Shown piece after piece: positions 1-13,064 of a DNA stretch of 64,000 nucleotides. The number at the start of each line of letters is the position of its first letter. The stretch's first letter is position 1. Position numbers and translations under genes: made by a program. Origin of the DNA: Burkholderiales bacterium. GTDB taxonomy: Bacteria; Pseudomonadota; Gammaproteobacteria; Burkholderiales; SG8-41. The stretch covers positions 8,963-72,962 of the forward strand of contig JALHND010000003.1 in the NCBI GenBank assembly GCA_022843705.1, in the 5' to 3' direction. The notes under the pieces are model-generated. The model saw only the letters and a list, made by a program, of their open reading frames with translations, made no database searches and had not been told where the DNA came from.

Positions 1-1714
1 CGCGATGCCGTTCGGCGACGCGGCTTTCGACATATTTTTCGCCCTGCTTGATGGCGATGACCTGCGCGGTGCCGGTTTTGCCGGCGGCGACGTACGGCGC
101 GTCGGCGAAAACCCGCGCCGAGGTGCCTTCCTTGTTGACGCCGACCATCGCGTCCTTGACGATTTTCAGGTGCTCCGGTTTCAGCTCCAGGTCGCGCAGC
201 GGTTTCGGCGCCACCGGCGTCTTTTCGCGGGTGCGGATGTCCTCGACGTAGTCGACGATGTGCGGCCGGAACATCAGGCCGTCATTGGCCAGCGTCGCGG
301 TGGCCGAGGCCAGCTGCAGCGGCGTATAGCTGTTGTAGCCCTGGCCGATGCCGACACTGATGGTTTCGCCGGCATACCACTTCTGCTTGAAGCGGCGGTA
401 TTTCCATTCGGTCGAGGGCAGCACCCCGGCGGACTCCCCGGCAATGTCGATGCCGGTGCGGCTGCCGAAGCCGAACAGCGCCATGAAACGGGCAATCGGA
501 TCGATGCCGAGTTCGTTGGCGAGGGAGTAGTAGTAGACGTCGGAAGAGACCACGATCGAGCGGTGCATGTCGACCGCGCCCAGCGGCACCGGCCGGCCGT
601 CACGGAAACGGTGGCCGCCGAACATGAAGTAGCCGGGATCACTGATGACCTGCTGCGGCGGGCGTTTGCCGTAGAACAGCGCGGCCAGCGCCATGAAGGG
701 CTTGAAGGTCGAGCCCGGCGGGTAGGTGCCGGAGGCCGCACGGTTCAGCAGCGGTTTGTCGGGGGAGCCGTTGAGTTCGGCCCAGCTCTGCGGATCAATG
801 CCGTCGACGAACAGGTTGGGATCGAAGCCCGGTTTGCTGACCAGCGCCAGCACGCCGCCGGTGCGCGGGTCGATCGCGACCAGCGCGCCGCGGCGGTCGC
901 CGAAGGCGTTGTAGGCGATTTCCTGCAGCCGGGCATCGAGGTGGAGCACCAGGTTGTTGCCGGACACCGGCGGCGTCCGCGACAGCACGCGCACCGCGCG
1001 GCCGCCGGAATCGACCTCGACCTCCTCGACGCCGGTGGTGCCGTGCAGGGCCGCTTCGTAACTCTGCTCCAGGCCGATCTTGCCGATGTAGTCGCTGCCG
1101 CGATAGTTGGCGAGGCGGCCGGATTTTTCAAGCTGCTCTATTTCACGCTGGTTGATGCGGCCGATGTGACCGACGACATGGGAAAAAATTTCGCCCTGCG
1201 GGTATTGCCGGAACAGGCGCGCCTTGGCTTCGACGCCCGGAAAGCGGTAGCGGTTCACCGCGAAGCGGGCAATTTCCTCGTCGGAGAGCCGTGTGCGTAT
1301 CGGCAGGCTTTCGAAACGTTTGCTTTCCTCGAGCAGCTTGCGGAAACGCCGGCGGTCGCGCGGCGTGATTTCGACGATGGTGGCCAGTTCGTCGATGGTG
1401 GTCTCGAGGTTGTCCGTTTTGCTGGGGATGATTTCCAGCGTGTAGGCCGAGTAATTGTGCGCGAGCAGCACGCCGTTGCGGTCGAAGATGACGCCGCGGT
1501 GCGGCGCGATCGGCAGCACCGAGATGCGGTTGGCTTCGGCGAGCGTGCTGTAGTGGCTGTGCCGGACGACCTGCAGATAGGCAAAACGCGTGAACAGCAG
1601 GCCGAAGAGCACGAGGACGAACACGCCGAGCAGCGCGAGCCGTCCGCGGAAACGCTGCAGCTCGCGTTCCGAGTCCCGGATTTCGATGCCGGGATTGATC
1701 GACAGGTCAGACAC
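1..1714 (-). CDS. mrdA: Penicillin-binding protein 2 / peptidoglycan D,D-transpeptidase (3' end runs off the window)
   Basis: Absent from the ORF track because it is open to the window edge. Hand translation of the minus strand from GTG at 1714 gives VSDLSINPGIEIRDSERELQRFRGRLALLGVFVLVLFGLLFTRFAYLQVVRHSHY..., a PBP2-type N-terminus with a TM helix. It follows mreBCD and overlaps the mreD stop by 8 nt. Plus-strand ORF 5..1789 is its antisense shadow. Confidence 0.85.
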   Translation of the reverse strand, partial: MSDLSINPGIEIRDSERELQRFRGRLALLGVFVLVLFGLLFTRFAYLQVVRHSHYSTLAEANRISVLPIAPHRGVIFDRNGVLLAHNYSAYTLEIIPSKTDNLETTIDELATIVEITPRDRRRFRKLLEESKRFESLPIRTRLSDEEIARFAVNRYRFPGVEAKARLFRQYPQGEIFSHVVGHIGRINQREIEQLEKSGRLANYRGSDYIGKIGLEQSYEAALHGTTGVEEVEVDSGGRAVRVLSRTPPVSGNNLVLHLDARLQEIAYNAFGDRRGALVAIDPRTGGVLALVSKPGFDPNLFVDGIDPQSWAELNGSPDKPLLNRAASGTYPPGSTFKPFMALAALFYGKRPPQQVISDPGYFMFGGHRFRDGRPVPLGAVDMHRSIVVSSDVYYYSLANELGIDPIARFMALFGFGSRTGIDIAGESAGVLPSTEWKYRRFKQKWYAGETISVGIGQGYNSYTPLQLASATATLANDGLMFRPHIVDYVEDIRTREKTPVAPKPLRDLELKPEHLKIVKDAMVGVNKEGTSARVFADAPYVAAGKTGTAQVIAIKQGEKYVESRVAERHR

Positions 1715-2228
1715 GGTCGGGATCGGAGCGCGGGCGCTGCGGCAGCTTCAGCAGGTAATACAGGGCGGGCCACAACGCGGCGCCGGTGAGACTGCCGAGG
1801 AAGTAGGCATACCCCGGAAAGTCGGCGCCGGCCAGCACGCGCACCAGCAGCACCACGAGGTCGGTGAACAGCAGCAGCGGGATCACGTGCAGGATCTGCG
1901 GCGCCAGCGAGAAGCGCTGCACGCGGCGGTGCAGGGCGATGCCGGCGTAGGCGAGGATGCTGTAGGCCAGCGCATGCTGTCCGAACAGGCTGCCCTCGGC
2001 GATGTCCATCAGCAGCCCCAGGCTCCACGCGGCGAGGAAGCCGATCTTGCGCGGTTCCTCGATGCACCAGTAGAGCACGACCAGCGCGACGAAGTCCGGC
2101 ACCAGCCACAGGGCCCAGCCCGACCACGGCAGCAGGTTCGCCAGCAGTGCCGCAACGAGGGTCAGGATGATGAAGCCGGGCCTGACCGGCAGCAGCAGTT
2201 CCTGGGGTGTCATCGGGCGCGCGGCCAT
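1707..2228 (-). CDS. mreD: Rod shape-determining protein MreD
   Basis: 173-aa polytopic hydrophobic protein (LLANLLPWSGWALWLVPDFVALVVLYW...) in the conserved mreB-mreC-mreD-mrdA order. 1-nt overlap with the mreC stop. Confidence 0.85.
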   Translation of the reverse strand: MAARPMTPQELLLPVRPGFIILTLVAALLANLLPWSGWALWLVPDFVALVVLYWCIEEPRKIGFLAAWSLGLLMDIAEGSLFGQHALAYSILAYAGIALHRRVQRFSLAPQILHVIPLLLFTDLVVLLVRVLAGADFPGYAYFLGSLTGAALWPALYYLLKLPQRPRSDPDRV

Positions 2229-3127
2229 CAGGTTTTCCCCTTTTTCTTTTTCGGCGCCGGCTCGGCGGGTTTGTCCTGCGGCCGTTCCGGCAGGCCGGGT
2301 TGGGGCCCCAGCACCAGCACCTGGGTGCCGGTGCTGGGTCCGGCGAGGGGTTTGCAGGTGATGCCGGCGAACAGGTAGGCGGTGTTGCGCTCGACCTGCG
2401 TCACTTCAGCCACCGGCAGCCCCGGCGGATAGCTGCCGTCGATGCCGGAGGTCACCAGCCGGTCACCGACCTGGAAATCCGCGGTCAGCGGAATGAATCG
2501 CAGTTCCAGCCGGCCGTCATCGCCGGTGCCGGCGAGGACCGCACGCAGCCCCGTGCGCACATTGAGCACCGGCACCAGCTGGCCCTTGTCGGTGATCAGC
2601 GTGACCTCCGACAGCCAGGGATAGACCCGGGTGACCTGGCCGATGATGCCGACATGGTCGGCCACCGGGCGTCCGGCCTCGATGCCGCCCTGCTGCCCGC
2701 GGTCGATCATCACCTTGCGCGAAAAAGGGTCGCGCGCGGCATAGAGGATTTCCGCGGCGACCGAAGGGACGCCGACATGTACGCGCACGCCGAGCAGGCC
2801 GCGCAGGCGGGTGTTTTCCTCCTGCAGCGCGGCTGTGCGCTGCGCCGCCATCGCCAGCTCAAGATTTTTCGACGACAGCTGCAGGTTGTCGCGGCGCAGG
2901 GCGGCGTGGGTGACGAAAAAATCGGCGATGCGCGCACCCATGGCCGCGGGTGCCGCCGCAATGCGCTGCAGGGGATAAATGATGACGCCGGCCACCTGCC
3001 GCAGCGGCGTCAGGTAGTTGAAACGCGCATCGGCGATCAGCAGCACCGTGGAGATCAGCGCGAAAATCATCAGTCGCGCCAGCGGCGTCAGCCCGGTGCG
3101 GAACAGCGGTGGTGTCGTGTGTTCCAT
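2228..3127 (-). CDS. mreC: Rod shape-determining protein MreC
   Basis: 299 aa with an N-terminal TM (LMIFALISTVLLI), a coiled-coil segment, a beta-rich domain and a Pro/Lys-rich tail. Located between mreB and mreD. Confidence 0.9.
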   Translation of the reverse strand: MEHTTPPLFRTGLTPLARLMIFALISTVLLIADARFNYLTPLRQVAGVIIYPLQRIAAAPAAMGARIADFFVTHAALRRDNLQLSSKNLELAMAAQRTAALQEENTRLRGLLGVRVHVGVPSVAAEILYAARDPFSRKVMIDRGQQGGIEAGRPVADHVGIIGQVTRVYPWLSEVTLITDKGQLVPVLNVRTGLRAVLAGTGDDGRLELRFIPLTADFQVGDRLVTSGIDGSYPPGLPVAEVTQVERNTAYLFAGITCKPLAGPSTGTQVLVLGPQPGLPERPQDKPAEPAPKKKKGKT

Positions 3128-3216
3128 GAGGCGTTACGCGGCAGCCCTAAACGCCGCCGGCCCGCCTTCGCCGCCGTTGAGGGCAGGGGAGCGAAGGCGG
3201 GCCGGCGGGAAATGCA

Positions 3217-6152
<2,936 letters not shown>

Positions 6153-6156
<4 letters not shown>

Positions 6157-6254
6157 GGAGTCAGGTGTGAAGATCAACAACATCAGTCATGTTGTGCGGA
6201 CGCCGAGCAGGCAGGGGACTTGCTTTTGCGCCTCACGCCTCACGCCTCACACCT
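6153..6254. repeat. GTGAGG-type palindromic intergenic element, copy 1
   Basis: gtgaggagtcaggtgtgaag at 6153-6172 (contains the gatA TGA stop). Inverted arm cctcacgcctcacgcctcacacct at 6231-6254. Confidence 0.8.
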
Positions 6255-6270
6255 TGCGGAGCGCCCGCTG

Positions 6271-7755
6271 ATGAAATGGGAAGTGGTCATCGGTCTTGAG
6301 ACCCACGCACAGCTGTCGACGGTGTCGAAGATTTTCTCGGGTGCATCGACGGCTTTCGGTGCCGAGCCCAACACCCAGGCCTGCGGCGTCGACATCGCGC
6401 TGCCGGGGGTGCTGCCGGTGCTCAACACCGGCGCCGTCGAGCGCGCAATCCGTTTCGGGCTCGCGGTCGGTGCAAAAATCAACTCGCCGTCGATTTTCGC
6501 GCGCAAGAATTATTTCTACCCCGACCTGCCCAAGGGTTACCAGATCAGCCAGTACGAGCTGCCGATCGTCGAGGGCGGCACGATCACGATCCAGGTGGGC
6601 GACACCGAAAAGACGGTGCGCCTGACCCGTGCCCACCTCGAGGAGGATGCCGGCAAATCGTTGCACGAGGATTTCCACGGCCGCACCGGCATCGACCTCA
6701 ACCGGGCCGGCACGCCGCTGCTGGAAATCGTTTCCGAGCCGGACATGCGTTCGGCGGAAGAGGCGGTGGCCTATGCCCGGGCGCTGCACACGCTGGTGCG
6801 CTGGATCGACGTCTGCGACGGCAACATGCAGGAAGGGTCATTCCGCTGCGACGCCAATGTGTCGGTGCGGCCCGCAGGCAGCGAAAAACTGGGCACCCGC
6901 CGCGAAATCAAGAACCTGAACAGTTTCCGTTTCCTGCAGCAGGCCATCGAATACGAAGTGCGCTGGCAGATCGGCGAACTCGAGGACGGTCGCGCGATCC
7001 AGCAGGCCACGGTGCTGTTCGATCCGGATACCGGCGAGACGCGGATGATGCGCACCAAGGAAGACGCGCATGACTATCGCTATTTTCCGGATCCCGACCT
7101 GCTGCCGCTGGAGGTGACCGCGGAGCGCATTGCCGTAGTACGCTCCGTGATGCCCGAGCTTCCGCAGGCAATGAAGTCTCGTTTTGTCGATGAGTACAAA
7201 TTGCCTGATTATGATGCTGCACTGCTGACAGCAAGTAAGGAAACGGCCAGTTATTTCGAGGAAACTACCCGAATCACTTTTGATGCCGCCAAGGTCTTGC
7301 TTGGAATAGCAGGCAAGGAGCCTGTTTTATCCGGCGTTGCGAAGCTGGCTGCCAATTGGCTGATTGGAGAAATTGCATCGCGGTTGAATTCCGGTGGTAT
7401 TGAGTTGGCGGATTCCCCGATAAAGCCGGGACAGCTCGCCAAACTGCTGGCGAGAATTTTGGATCAGACTCTAAGCAGCAAGATGGCCAGGGAGGTATTC
7501 GATGCGATGTGGGCCGGCGAGGGCGATGCCGATGCGATCATCGCGGCAAAGGGCCTGAAGCAGATTTCCGACAGCGGCGAGATCGAAAAAATCGTCGATC
7601 AGGTGCTGGCGGCGAATACCCAGCAGGTGGCTGATTTCAGGGCGGGCAAGGAAAAGGCCTTCAATTCGCTGGTCGGACAGGTGATGAAGGCCAGCCGCGG
7701 CAAGGCCAATCCGCAGCAGGTCAACGACATCCTGCGGCGCAGGCTGGCCGGCTGA
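6271..7755 (+). CDS. gatB: Asp/Glu-tRNA amidotransferase subunit B
   Basis: Track ORF 6220..7755 trimmed to [15 protein letters not shown] (ATG 6271). The upstream extension is translated repeat DNA. C-terminal GatB/YqeY tail present ([16 protein letters not shown]). Confidence 0.95.
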   Translation: MKWEVVIGLETHAQLSTVSKIFSGASTAFGAEPNTQACGVDIALPGVLPVLNTGAVERAIRFGLAVGAKINSPSIFARKNYFYPDLPKGYQISQYELPIVEGGTITIQVGDTEKTVRLTRAHLEEDAGKSLHEDFHGRTGIDLNRAGTPLLEIVSEPDMRSAEEAVAYARALHTLVRWIDVCDGNMQEGSFRCDANVSVRPAGSEKLGTRREIKNLNSFRFLQQAIEYEVRWQIGELEDGRAIQQATVLFDPDTGETRMMRTKEDAHDYRYFPDPDLLPLEVTAERIAVVRSVMPELPQAMKSRFVDEYKLPDYDAALLTASKETASYFEETTRITFDAAKVLLGIAGKEPVLSGVAKLAANWLIGEIASRLNSGGIELADSPIKPGQLAKLLARILDQTLSSKMAREVFDAMWAGEGDADAIIAAKGLKQISDSGEIEKIVDQVLAANTQQVADFRAGKEKAFNSLVGQVMKASRGKANPQQVNDILRRRLAG

Positions 7756-7767
7756 ACTGGCCAGCGC

Positions 7768-8442
7768 CTATTTTTTGGCGCCGGCCTTGTTGTCCGCCGG
7801 TGCGGCGGCCGGGCCGCCCTTCAGTTCGATGTAGCGCGCCTTCTGCTGCGCGTAACTCGCGGTGATCCGTTCCTTGTCTTTTTCCCTGTCAGCGATGCGC
7901 GCCTGGATGCGTTCCTCTTCCGCCGCGGCATTCTTCAGATCGTCCCTGACATTGTCCGGAACTTTGCCGCGTTTTTCGAAGCTGGCGTAGCGGGTTTTCT
8001 GGGAGCTGTGGGCGTCGCTGGCACTTTTCAGCGAGGCCCTGAGCTGCTGGATCTGCAGATCGACCACCTGCAGCTCGCGGTCGCGCCGCACATCGATTTC
8101 CCTGGCCGCGGTGTAGGTGTTGACGAGGGCGGTGTCCTGCCGGCGCTGTTCGGCGATGCGGCGGTCCTCTTCGGCCTTGAGCGCCGCTTTTTTCTTTTCT
8201 TCCTCTTTCAGCCGGGCGGCTTCCTCGGCGGACACCGTGGTCTGGCGGGTGATGCCGCGGCTGTCCAGTGTCTTCGACTCGTTCTTCTGGAATTCCGGCG
8301 GCACACGGTCGCCGCAGCCGACGACCTTGCCCGACTTGTCTTTCCAGCAGACGATTTTCTGGGCATGGGCGGGCATCGCCAGCAGCATTGCCGCCAGTGC
8401 CGCGGCGAGGGTGGGCAGAGGGGTCAGGCGTTCAGGCATCAC
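7768..8442 (-). CDS. Secreted DUF4124-like coiled-coil protein
   Basis: Signal peptide (LAAALAAMLLAMPAHA-QK). CWKDKSGKVVGCGD motif typical of DUF4124, then a long Lys/Glu/Arg-rich coiled coil. Function unknown. Confidence 0.7.
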   Translation of the reverse strand: MMPERLTPLPTLAAALAAMLLAMPAHAQKIVCWKDKSGKVVGCGDRVPPEFQKNESKTLDSRGITRQTTVSAEEAARLKEEEKKKAALKAEEDRRIAEQRRQDTALVNTYTAAREIDVRRDRELQVVDLQIQQLRASLKSASDAHSSQKTRYASFEKRGKVPDNVRDDLKNAAAEEERIQARIADREKDKERITASYAQQKARYIELKGGPAAAPADNKAGAKK

Positions 8443-9082
8443 GTACTCCGTACTGTTTGCGGTAGGCAGCGACTGCGGCCAGCTGCGGCCCCATGCCCTG
8501 CTCGTTTTCCAGGTATCCGATCAGGTCGTCCAGCGTCGCGATGCTGATGACCGGAATGTCATACAGTTTTCCGACCTCCTGGGTGGCCGACAGTTCCGTG
8601 GCACCGCGCTCCATGCGGTCCAGCGCGATCAGCACGCCGGCGGGCATCGCGCCGGCAGCGCGGATCAGGCCGACCGATTCGCGCACCGAAGTGCCCGCGG
8701 AGATCACGTCGTCGACGATCAGTGCACGCCCTGCGAGTGCCGCACCGACGACGCTGCCGCCTTCGCCGTGGTCCTTGGCTTCCTTGCGGTTGTAGCTGAA
8801 GGGGACATTGCGTCCGGCATCCGCCAGCGCGATCGCCACTGCGGCAACCAGCGGGATGCCCTTGTAGGCGGGGCCGAACAGCATGTCGAAGGGCAGATCC
8901 GCCGCCGAAATCGCTTTCGCGTAAAATCGTGCGAGTTCGCGCAGCGAGTTGCCGTCGCAGAACAGCCCCGCATTGAAAAAATAGGGGGACAGGCGCCCGG
9001 CCTTGGTCTTGAATTCGCCGAACAGCAGTACCCTGGTGTCGATGGCGAAACGGATGAATTCCTGTCGGAAGCTGTCGGCCAT
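8432..9082 (-). CDS. pyrE: Orotate phosphoribosyltransferase
   Basis: Track ORF 8432..9292 trimmed to MADSFRQEFIRFAIDTRVLLFGEFKTKAGRLSPYFFNAG (ATG at 9082). PRPP-binding motif ALIVDDVISAGTS. Confidence 0.95.
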   Translation of the reverse strand: MADSFRQEFIRFAIDTRVLLFGEFKTKAGRLSPYFFNAGLFCDGNSLRELARFYAKAISAADLPFDMLFGPAYKGIPLVAAVAIALADAGRNVPFSYNRKEAKDHGEGGSVVGAALAGRALIVDDVISAGTSVRESVGLIRAAGAMPAGVLIALDRMERGATELSATQEVGKLYDIPVISIATLDDLIGYLENEQGMGPQLAAVAAYRKQYGVRDA

Positions 9083-9164
9083 GGTTGAAGTGTCTGCCGG
9101 CGTGCCCGCGGCGGGGAAATTTCGGAAAAGCAGGCGGCAGCACGATTCCGCCGGATCGAGAACG

Positions 9165-9947
9165 ATGAAAATTATAACCCTGAATCTCAACGGCATAAGG
9201 TCGGCGGCGCGCAAGGGTTTCCTCGAATGGCTGCCGCGCCAGCGCGCGGACGTGGTCTGTGTGCAGGAAATCAAGGCCCAGGCCGCCGACATGACCGCGG
9301 AACTGCTGGCCCCCGCCGGCTACCACGGACATTTCCATTACGCCGAAAAGAAGGGTTACAGCGGGGTCGGCATTTATTCGAAGCAGGCGCCGGATCGTGT
9401 TGCCGCCGGCTTCGGTGTCGCTGAATTCGATGCCGAGGGACGTTATCTGCGCACCGATTTCGGTTCACTGTCGGTGATTTCGCTGTACCTGCCCTCGGGA
9501 TCCAGCGGCGAGCACCGCCAGGCTTCCAAGTTCCGTTTCCTCGACACCTTTTATCCGCACATGAAGCGCCTGCGCAAAGCCGGACGTGAAGTCGTGCTCT
9601 GCGGCGACTGGAACATCGCGCACCGGGAAATCGATCTGAAAAACTGGAAGGGCAACCGCAAGAACTCCGGCTTCCTGCCGGAAGAACGCGACTGGATGAC
9701 GCGGATTTTCGACGAGCTGGGCTGGGTCGATGTCTACCGCCGGCTGCATCCGGAGGCCACCGACGCGTCGTACACCTGGTGGTCGAACCGCGGCCAGGCC
9801 TGGGCGAAGAACGTCGGCTGGCGCATCGACTACCAGATCGCGACGCCGGGCATCGCGGCGCGGGCGAAGCGGGCGGCGATCTACAAGGAAGAGCGTTTTT
9901 CCGACCACGCACCACTGACCATCCACTACGACGGGAACACGGCTTGA
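9165..9947 (+). CDS. xthA: Exodeoxyribonuclease III
   Basis: Track ORF 9003..9947 trimmed to MKIITLNLNGIRSAARKGFLEWL...VCVQEIK (ATG 9165). C-terminal SDHAPL motif of the EEP nuclease family. Confidence 0.9.
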   Translation: MKIITLNLNGIRSAARKGFLEWLPRQRADVVCVQEIKAQAADMTAELLAPAGYHGHFHYAEKKGYSGVGIYSKQAPDRVAAGFGVAEFDAEGRYLRTDFGSLSVISLYLPSGSSGEHRQASKFRFLDTFYPHMKRLRKAGREVVLCGDWNIAHREIDLKNWKGNRKNSGFLPEERDWMTRIFDELGWVDVYRRLHPEATDASYTWWSNRGQAWAKNVGWRIDYQIATPGIAARAKRAAIYKEERFSDHAPLTIHYDGNTA

Positions 9948-11194
9948 GCGGTCTTCGCCCCTCCTGGAGCGAGACACTGCTGGCGGTGTGCAGCGGTCGC
10001 ATGCTGATCGCGCTGCTGATGGGTTTTGCCTCCGGCCTGCCGCTGCTGCTGACCGGCTCGGTGCTTCAGGCCTGGCTCAAGGACGGCGGCGTCGATCTCA
10101 CGCGCATCGGCCTGTTCGCGCTGGTCGGGCTGCCGTACACGCTCAAGTTCCTGTGGTCGCCGCTGTTTGACCGTTATGCACCGCCCCCGGGCAGGCGCCG
10201 CGGCTGGCTGGCGCTGACCCAGTTTGCCGTGGCCGGCGCGCTGCTGCTGCTGGCCGCGACGCAGCCCTCGGCCGACCAACTGGGCCGGGTGATGCTGGCG
10301 AGCCTGCTGGTGGCGCTGTTTTCGGCGTCACAGGACATCGTCGTCGACGCCTATCGCCGCGAAAGCCTGCAGGAGGCGGAACTGGGCCTGGGGTCGGCGA
10401 TGTACGTCAACGGCTACCGGCTGGGCATGCTGCTTGCCGGCGGTGGCGGGCTGATACTCGCCGACTGGCTGTCCTTCGGTACGATGTACCGGATCATGGC
10501 GATGTGCATGATCGCCTGCATCGCGGTGACGCTGCTGGCGCCGGAACCGCCGCTGCCCGAGGGCCGCCCGCGCACGCTGCGCGAGGCGGTGGTGCTGCCC
10601 TTCCGCGATTATTTTTCACGCCAGGGCGCCTGGCTGATCCTCGCCTTCATCCTGCTCTACAAGCTGGGCGACACCATGGCCTCGGCGATGACCACGCCCT
10701 TCTACCTGGACATCGGCTACAGCAAGACCGAGATCGGCACCGTGGTCAAGCTGTTCGGATTCTGGGCGACGATTGCCGGCGGCACCCTGGGCGGGCTGTG
10801 GATACTGCGTGTCGGCACCCATCGCGCGTTGTGGCTGTTCGGTTTCGGCCAGATGCTGTCGACGCTGGGTTTTGTCGTGCTCGCGCTGATGCCGCACCAC
10901 GTCGGCGCGCTGGCCACCGTGGTGGCCGTCGAGAATCTCACGGCGGGCATGGGCACGGCGGCATTTGTCGGGTTCATGGCGGCGCTGACCGACCGTCGTT
11001 TCACCGCGACCCAGTACGCGCTGCTGTCCAGCCTGATGGGGGTGCCGCGGGTGCTGCTGTCGGCACCCACCGGCTGGTTTGCGGAGATTCTCGGCTGGCC
11101 CGGATTTTTCCTGCTCTGCGCACTGATCGCGATTCCCGGGCTGCTGCTGCTGCGCCGGGTCATCGCGCTCGCGGCTGCTCAACCGGAGAAGTGA
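9944..11194 (+). CDS. ampG: AmpG-family muropeptide/MFS permease
   Basis: MGFASGLPLLLTGSVLQAWLKDGGVDLTRIGLFALVGLPYTLKFLWSPLFDRY matches the AmpG N-terminal signature. Start is uncertain: TTG at 9944 (overlapping the xthA stop) or ATG at 10001. Confidence 0.8.
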   Translation: MSGLRPSWSETLLAVCSGRMLIALLMGFASGLPLLLTGSVLQAWLKDGGVDLTRIGLFALVGLPYTLKFLWSPLFDRYAPPPGRRRGWLALTQFAVAGALLLLAATQPSADQLGRVMLASLLVALFSASQDIVVDAYRRESLQEAELGLGSAMYVNGYRLGMLLAGGGGLILADWLSFGTMYRIMAMCMIACIAVTLLAPEPPLPEGRPRTLREAVVLPFRDYFSRQGAWLILAFILLYKLGDTMASAMTTPFYLDIGYSKTEIGTVVKLFGFWATIAGGTLGGLWILRVGTHRALWLFGFGQMLSTLGFVVLALMPHHVGALATVVAVENLTAGMGTAAFVGFMAALTDRRFTATQYALLSSLMGVPRVLLSAPTGWFAEILGWPGFFLLCALIAIPGLLLLRRVIALAAAQPEK

Positions 11195-11775
11195 TAGACG
11201 GCGAGTTCGCCGAGCAGATTGGGCAGCAGGTGCACCGGCCTGCCGCTGCTCAGCACCGCGCGGCTGACGATGCGGATGCCACGTTCCCCGCAGAAACGCT
11301 CGAAATCGGCCACCGTGCAGAGGTGGATGTTCGGCGTGTCGAACCACTCGAAAGGCAGCCGGTCCGAAACCGGCATCCGTCCGCGCAGTATCTGCAGGCG
11401 GTTTTTCCAGTGGCCGAAATTGGGGAAGGTGACGATGCCGGCGCGGCCGACGCGGAGCATTTCGCGGACGATGCGCTCGGTGTTGCGCATTGCCTGCAGC
11501 GTCTGCGACAGCACGACGAAATCGAAGGAGTTGTCGGCGAATTCGGCCAGTCCGCGCTCAAGATCGCCCTGGATGACGTTGACGCCGTTGTTGACGCAGG
11601 CGAGCACGTTGCTGTCGTCGATCTCGACGCCGTAGCCGGTGACACCGCGCGACTGCTGCAGGTATTTCAGCAGCGTGCCGTCGCCGCAGCCGAGGTCGAG
11701 TACATGCGCATCGCGGCTGATGCATTGCGCGATCGCGGCAAAGTCGGGGCGCTGGTTGCCGTTGGCGCCGGTCAT
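11179..11775 (-). CDS. metW: Methionine biosynthesis protein MetW
   Basis: C-terminal part of track ORF 11179..12687 from the ATG at 11775: [39 protein letters not shown]... SAM-MTase-like fold. ATGA overlap with metX. Confidence 0.9.
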   Translation of the reverse strand: MTGANGNQRPDFAAIAQCISRDAHVLDLGCGDGTLLKYLQQSRGVTGYGVEIDDSNVLACVNNGVNVIQGDLERGLAEFADNSFDFVVLSQTLQAMRNTERIVREMLRVGRAGIVTFPNFGHWKNRLQILRGRMPVSDRLPFEWFDTPNIHLCTVADFERFCGERGIRIVSRAVLSSGRPVHLLPNLLGELAVYHFSG

Positions 11776-12923
11776 GGCCGGATCTCCGCGGCAACGCGGT
11801 TGAAATAGGCGGCCACCAGCCGGTGATAACGCGGATCCTCGAGCAGGAAGGCGTCGTGGCCGTGCGGCGCGTCGATTTCCGCATAGGTCACGCGGGCGCG
11901 GTTGTCGAGCAGCGCGCGAACGATCTCGCGTGAGCGCTCGGGCGAGAACCGCCAGTCGGTGGTGAAGGACACCACCAGCATTCCCGCGGAAACGTCCTTC
12001 AGCGCCGCCGACAGGTCGCCGCCGCAGGCGAAGGCGGGATCGAAGTAGTCGAGCGCCTTGGTGATGCGCAGGTAGGTGTTGGCATCGAAATAATCGGCGA
12101 ACTTGTTGCCCTGGTGGCGCAGGTAGGACTCGATCTGGAACTCGGTGTCGAAGCTGTAGCCGAGCTTGCCGTGTTTCAGCTGGCGGCCGAACTTGCTCGC
12201 CATCTCGTCGTCGGACAGGTAGGTGATGTGGCCGACCATGCGCGCGACGCGCAGCCCGCGCTTCGGCGCGGTGTCCTGCAGCTGGTAGGCGCCGCCGTGG
12301 AAGTCCGGATCGGTGATGATTGCCTGGCGGGCGACTTCGTTGAAGGCGATGTTCTGCGCCGAGAGGTTGGGCGCGCAGGCAATCACGATGCCGTGGCGCA
12401 GCCGGTCCGGATAACGGATGGTCCAGGCCAGCGCCTGCATCGCGCCGAGGCTGCCGCCCATCACCGCGGCGAAGCAGCCGATGCCGAGATGGTCGGCGAG
12501 CCGCGCCTGGGCATCGACCCAGTCTTCGACGGTGACCACCGGGAAATCGCCGCCCCAGGGCCTTCCGGTATCGGGGTTGATGCTCGACGGGCCGGTGGAG
12601 CCGTGGCAGCCGCCGAGGTTGTTGACGCCGATGACGAAGAAGCGGTTGGTGTCCAGCGGTTTGCCGGGACCGATCATGTTGTCCCACCAGCCGGTGTTTT
12701 CGGGGTCATCCTCGTAATGGCCGGCGACGTGGTGGGAAGCATTCAGGGCGTGGCAGACCAGCACGGCATTGGAGCGGTCCGCGTTCAGCCGGCCGTAAGT
12801 CTCGTACACCAGTTCGTACCCGCGCAGCACCATTCCGCCGCGCAAGGTCAGCGGTTCGGTGAAACGCGCGGTCTGCGGACGGACGATGCCGACAGAGGCG
12901 GTATGTGTGTCGTTATTGGCCAT
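11772..12923 (-). CDS. metX: Homoserine O-acyltransferase (MetX; acetyl vs succinyl not decidable here)
   Basis: 383 aa. Alpha/beta hydrolase with [12 protein letters not shown] nucleophile elbow and typical MetX blocks ([18 protein letters not shown]). Confidence 0.95.
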   Translation of the reverse strand: MANNDTHTASVGIVRPQTARFTEPLTLRGGMVLRGYELVYETYGRLNADRSNAVLVCHALNASHHVAGHYEDDPENTGWWDNMIGPGKPLDTNRFFVIGVNNLGGCHGSTGPSSINPDTGRPWGGDFPVVTVEDWVDAQARLADHLGIGCFAAVMGGSLGAMQALAWTIRYPDRLRHGIVIACAPNLSAQNIAFNEVARQAIITDPDFHGGAYQLQDTAPKRGLRVARMVGHITYLSDDEMASKFGRQLKHGKLGYSFDTEFQIESYLRHQGNKFADYFDANTYLRITKALDYFDPAFACGGDLSAALKDVSAGMLVVSFTTDWRFSPERSREIVRALLDNRARVTYAEIDAPHGHDAFLLEDPRYHRLVAAYFNRVAAEIRP

Positions 12924-12954
12924 AAAAAAACCCCGAAGCCTGCGCGCCGGGGTT
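12924..12954 (-). terminator. Intrinsic terminator hairpin inside the metX leader, U-tract abutting the ATG
   Basis: Minus strand reads AACCCCG-gcgcgcaggctt-CGGGGTT followed by TTTTT and then directly ATG of metX. 7-bp GC-rich stem plus U-run. Confidence 0.6.
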
Positions 12955-13029
12955 CCGAGAACTGCTGATCTCTTTAGCCGGATTTATTACGCGCCCGCAA
13001 GCTGATTTCAAATCGGCGCGAAAACTGTG
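12955..13029 (-). promoter_or_regulatory. metX 5' leader: candidate SAM-responsive riboswitch/attenuator aptamer region
   Basis: Minus strand: ...UUUUCGCGCCGAUUUGAAAUCAGCUUGCGGGCGCGUAAUAAAUCCGGCUAAAGAG... The stem CGCGCC/GGCGCG encloses GAUUU...AGCUUGC, followed by GCUAAAG. The 5' arm CGCGCCG can alternatively pair with CGGCGCG inside the downstream terminator. Motifs are reminiscent of SAM-II, but I cannot confirm this by covariance model. Confidence 0.4.
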
Positions 13030-13035
13030 CGGTGA

Positions 13036-13064
13036 AAGTTACCTCCGGTGCGCGGCCTTGTCAA
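13036..13064 (-). promoter_or_regulatory. sigma70-type promoter for metXW
   Basis: Minus strand TTGACA (13064..13059), 17-nt spacer, TAACTT (13041..13036). Lies 11 nt after the ptsI stop. Confidence 0.45.

Noticed and set aside
5-1789. 594-aa plus-strand ORF at the left edge, plus similar long ORFs (25450..27432 minus, 40456..42825 minus, 52427..54838 minus, 17827..19923 plus, 14743..16710 plus, 58419..60002 minus)
   Set aside because: Each lies antisense or out of frame to a gene with clear family signatures (mrdA, the kinase, mpl/amidase, iorB, amtB, PTS/gshB, kup). Each has the Arg/Ala/Gly-rich composition of non-coding frames in GC-rich genomes.
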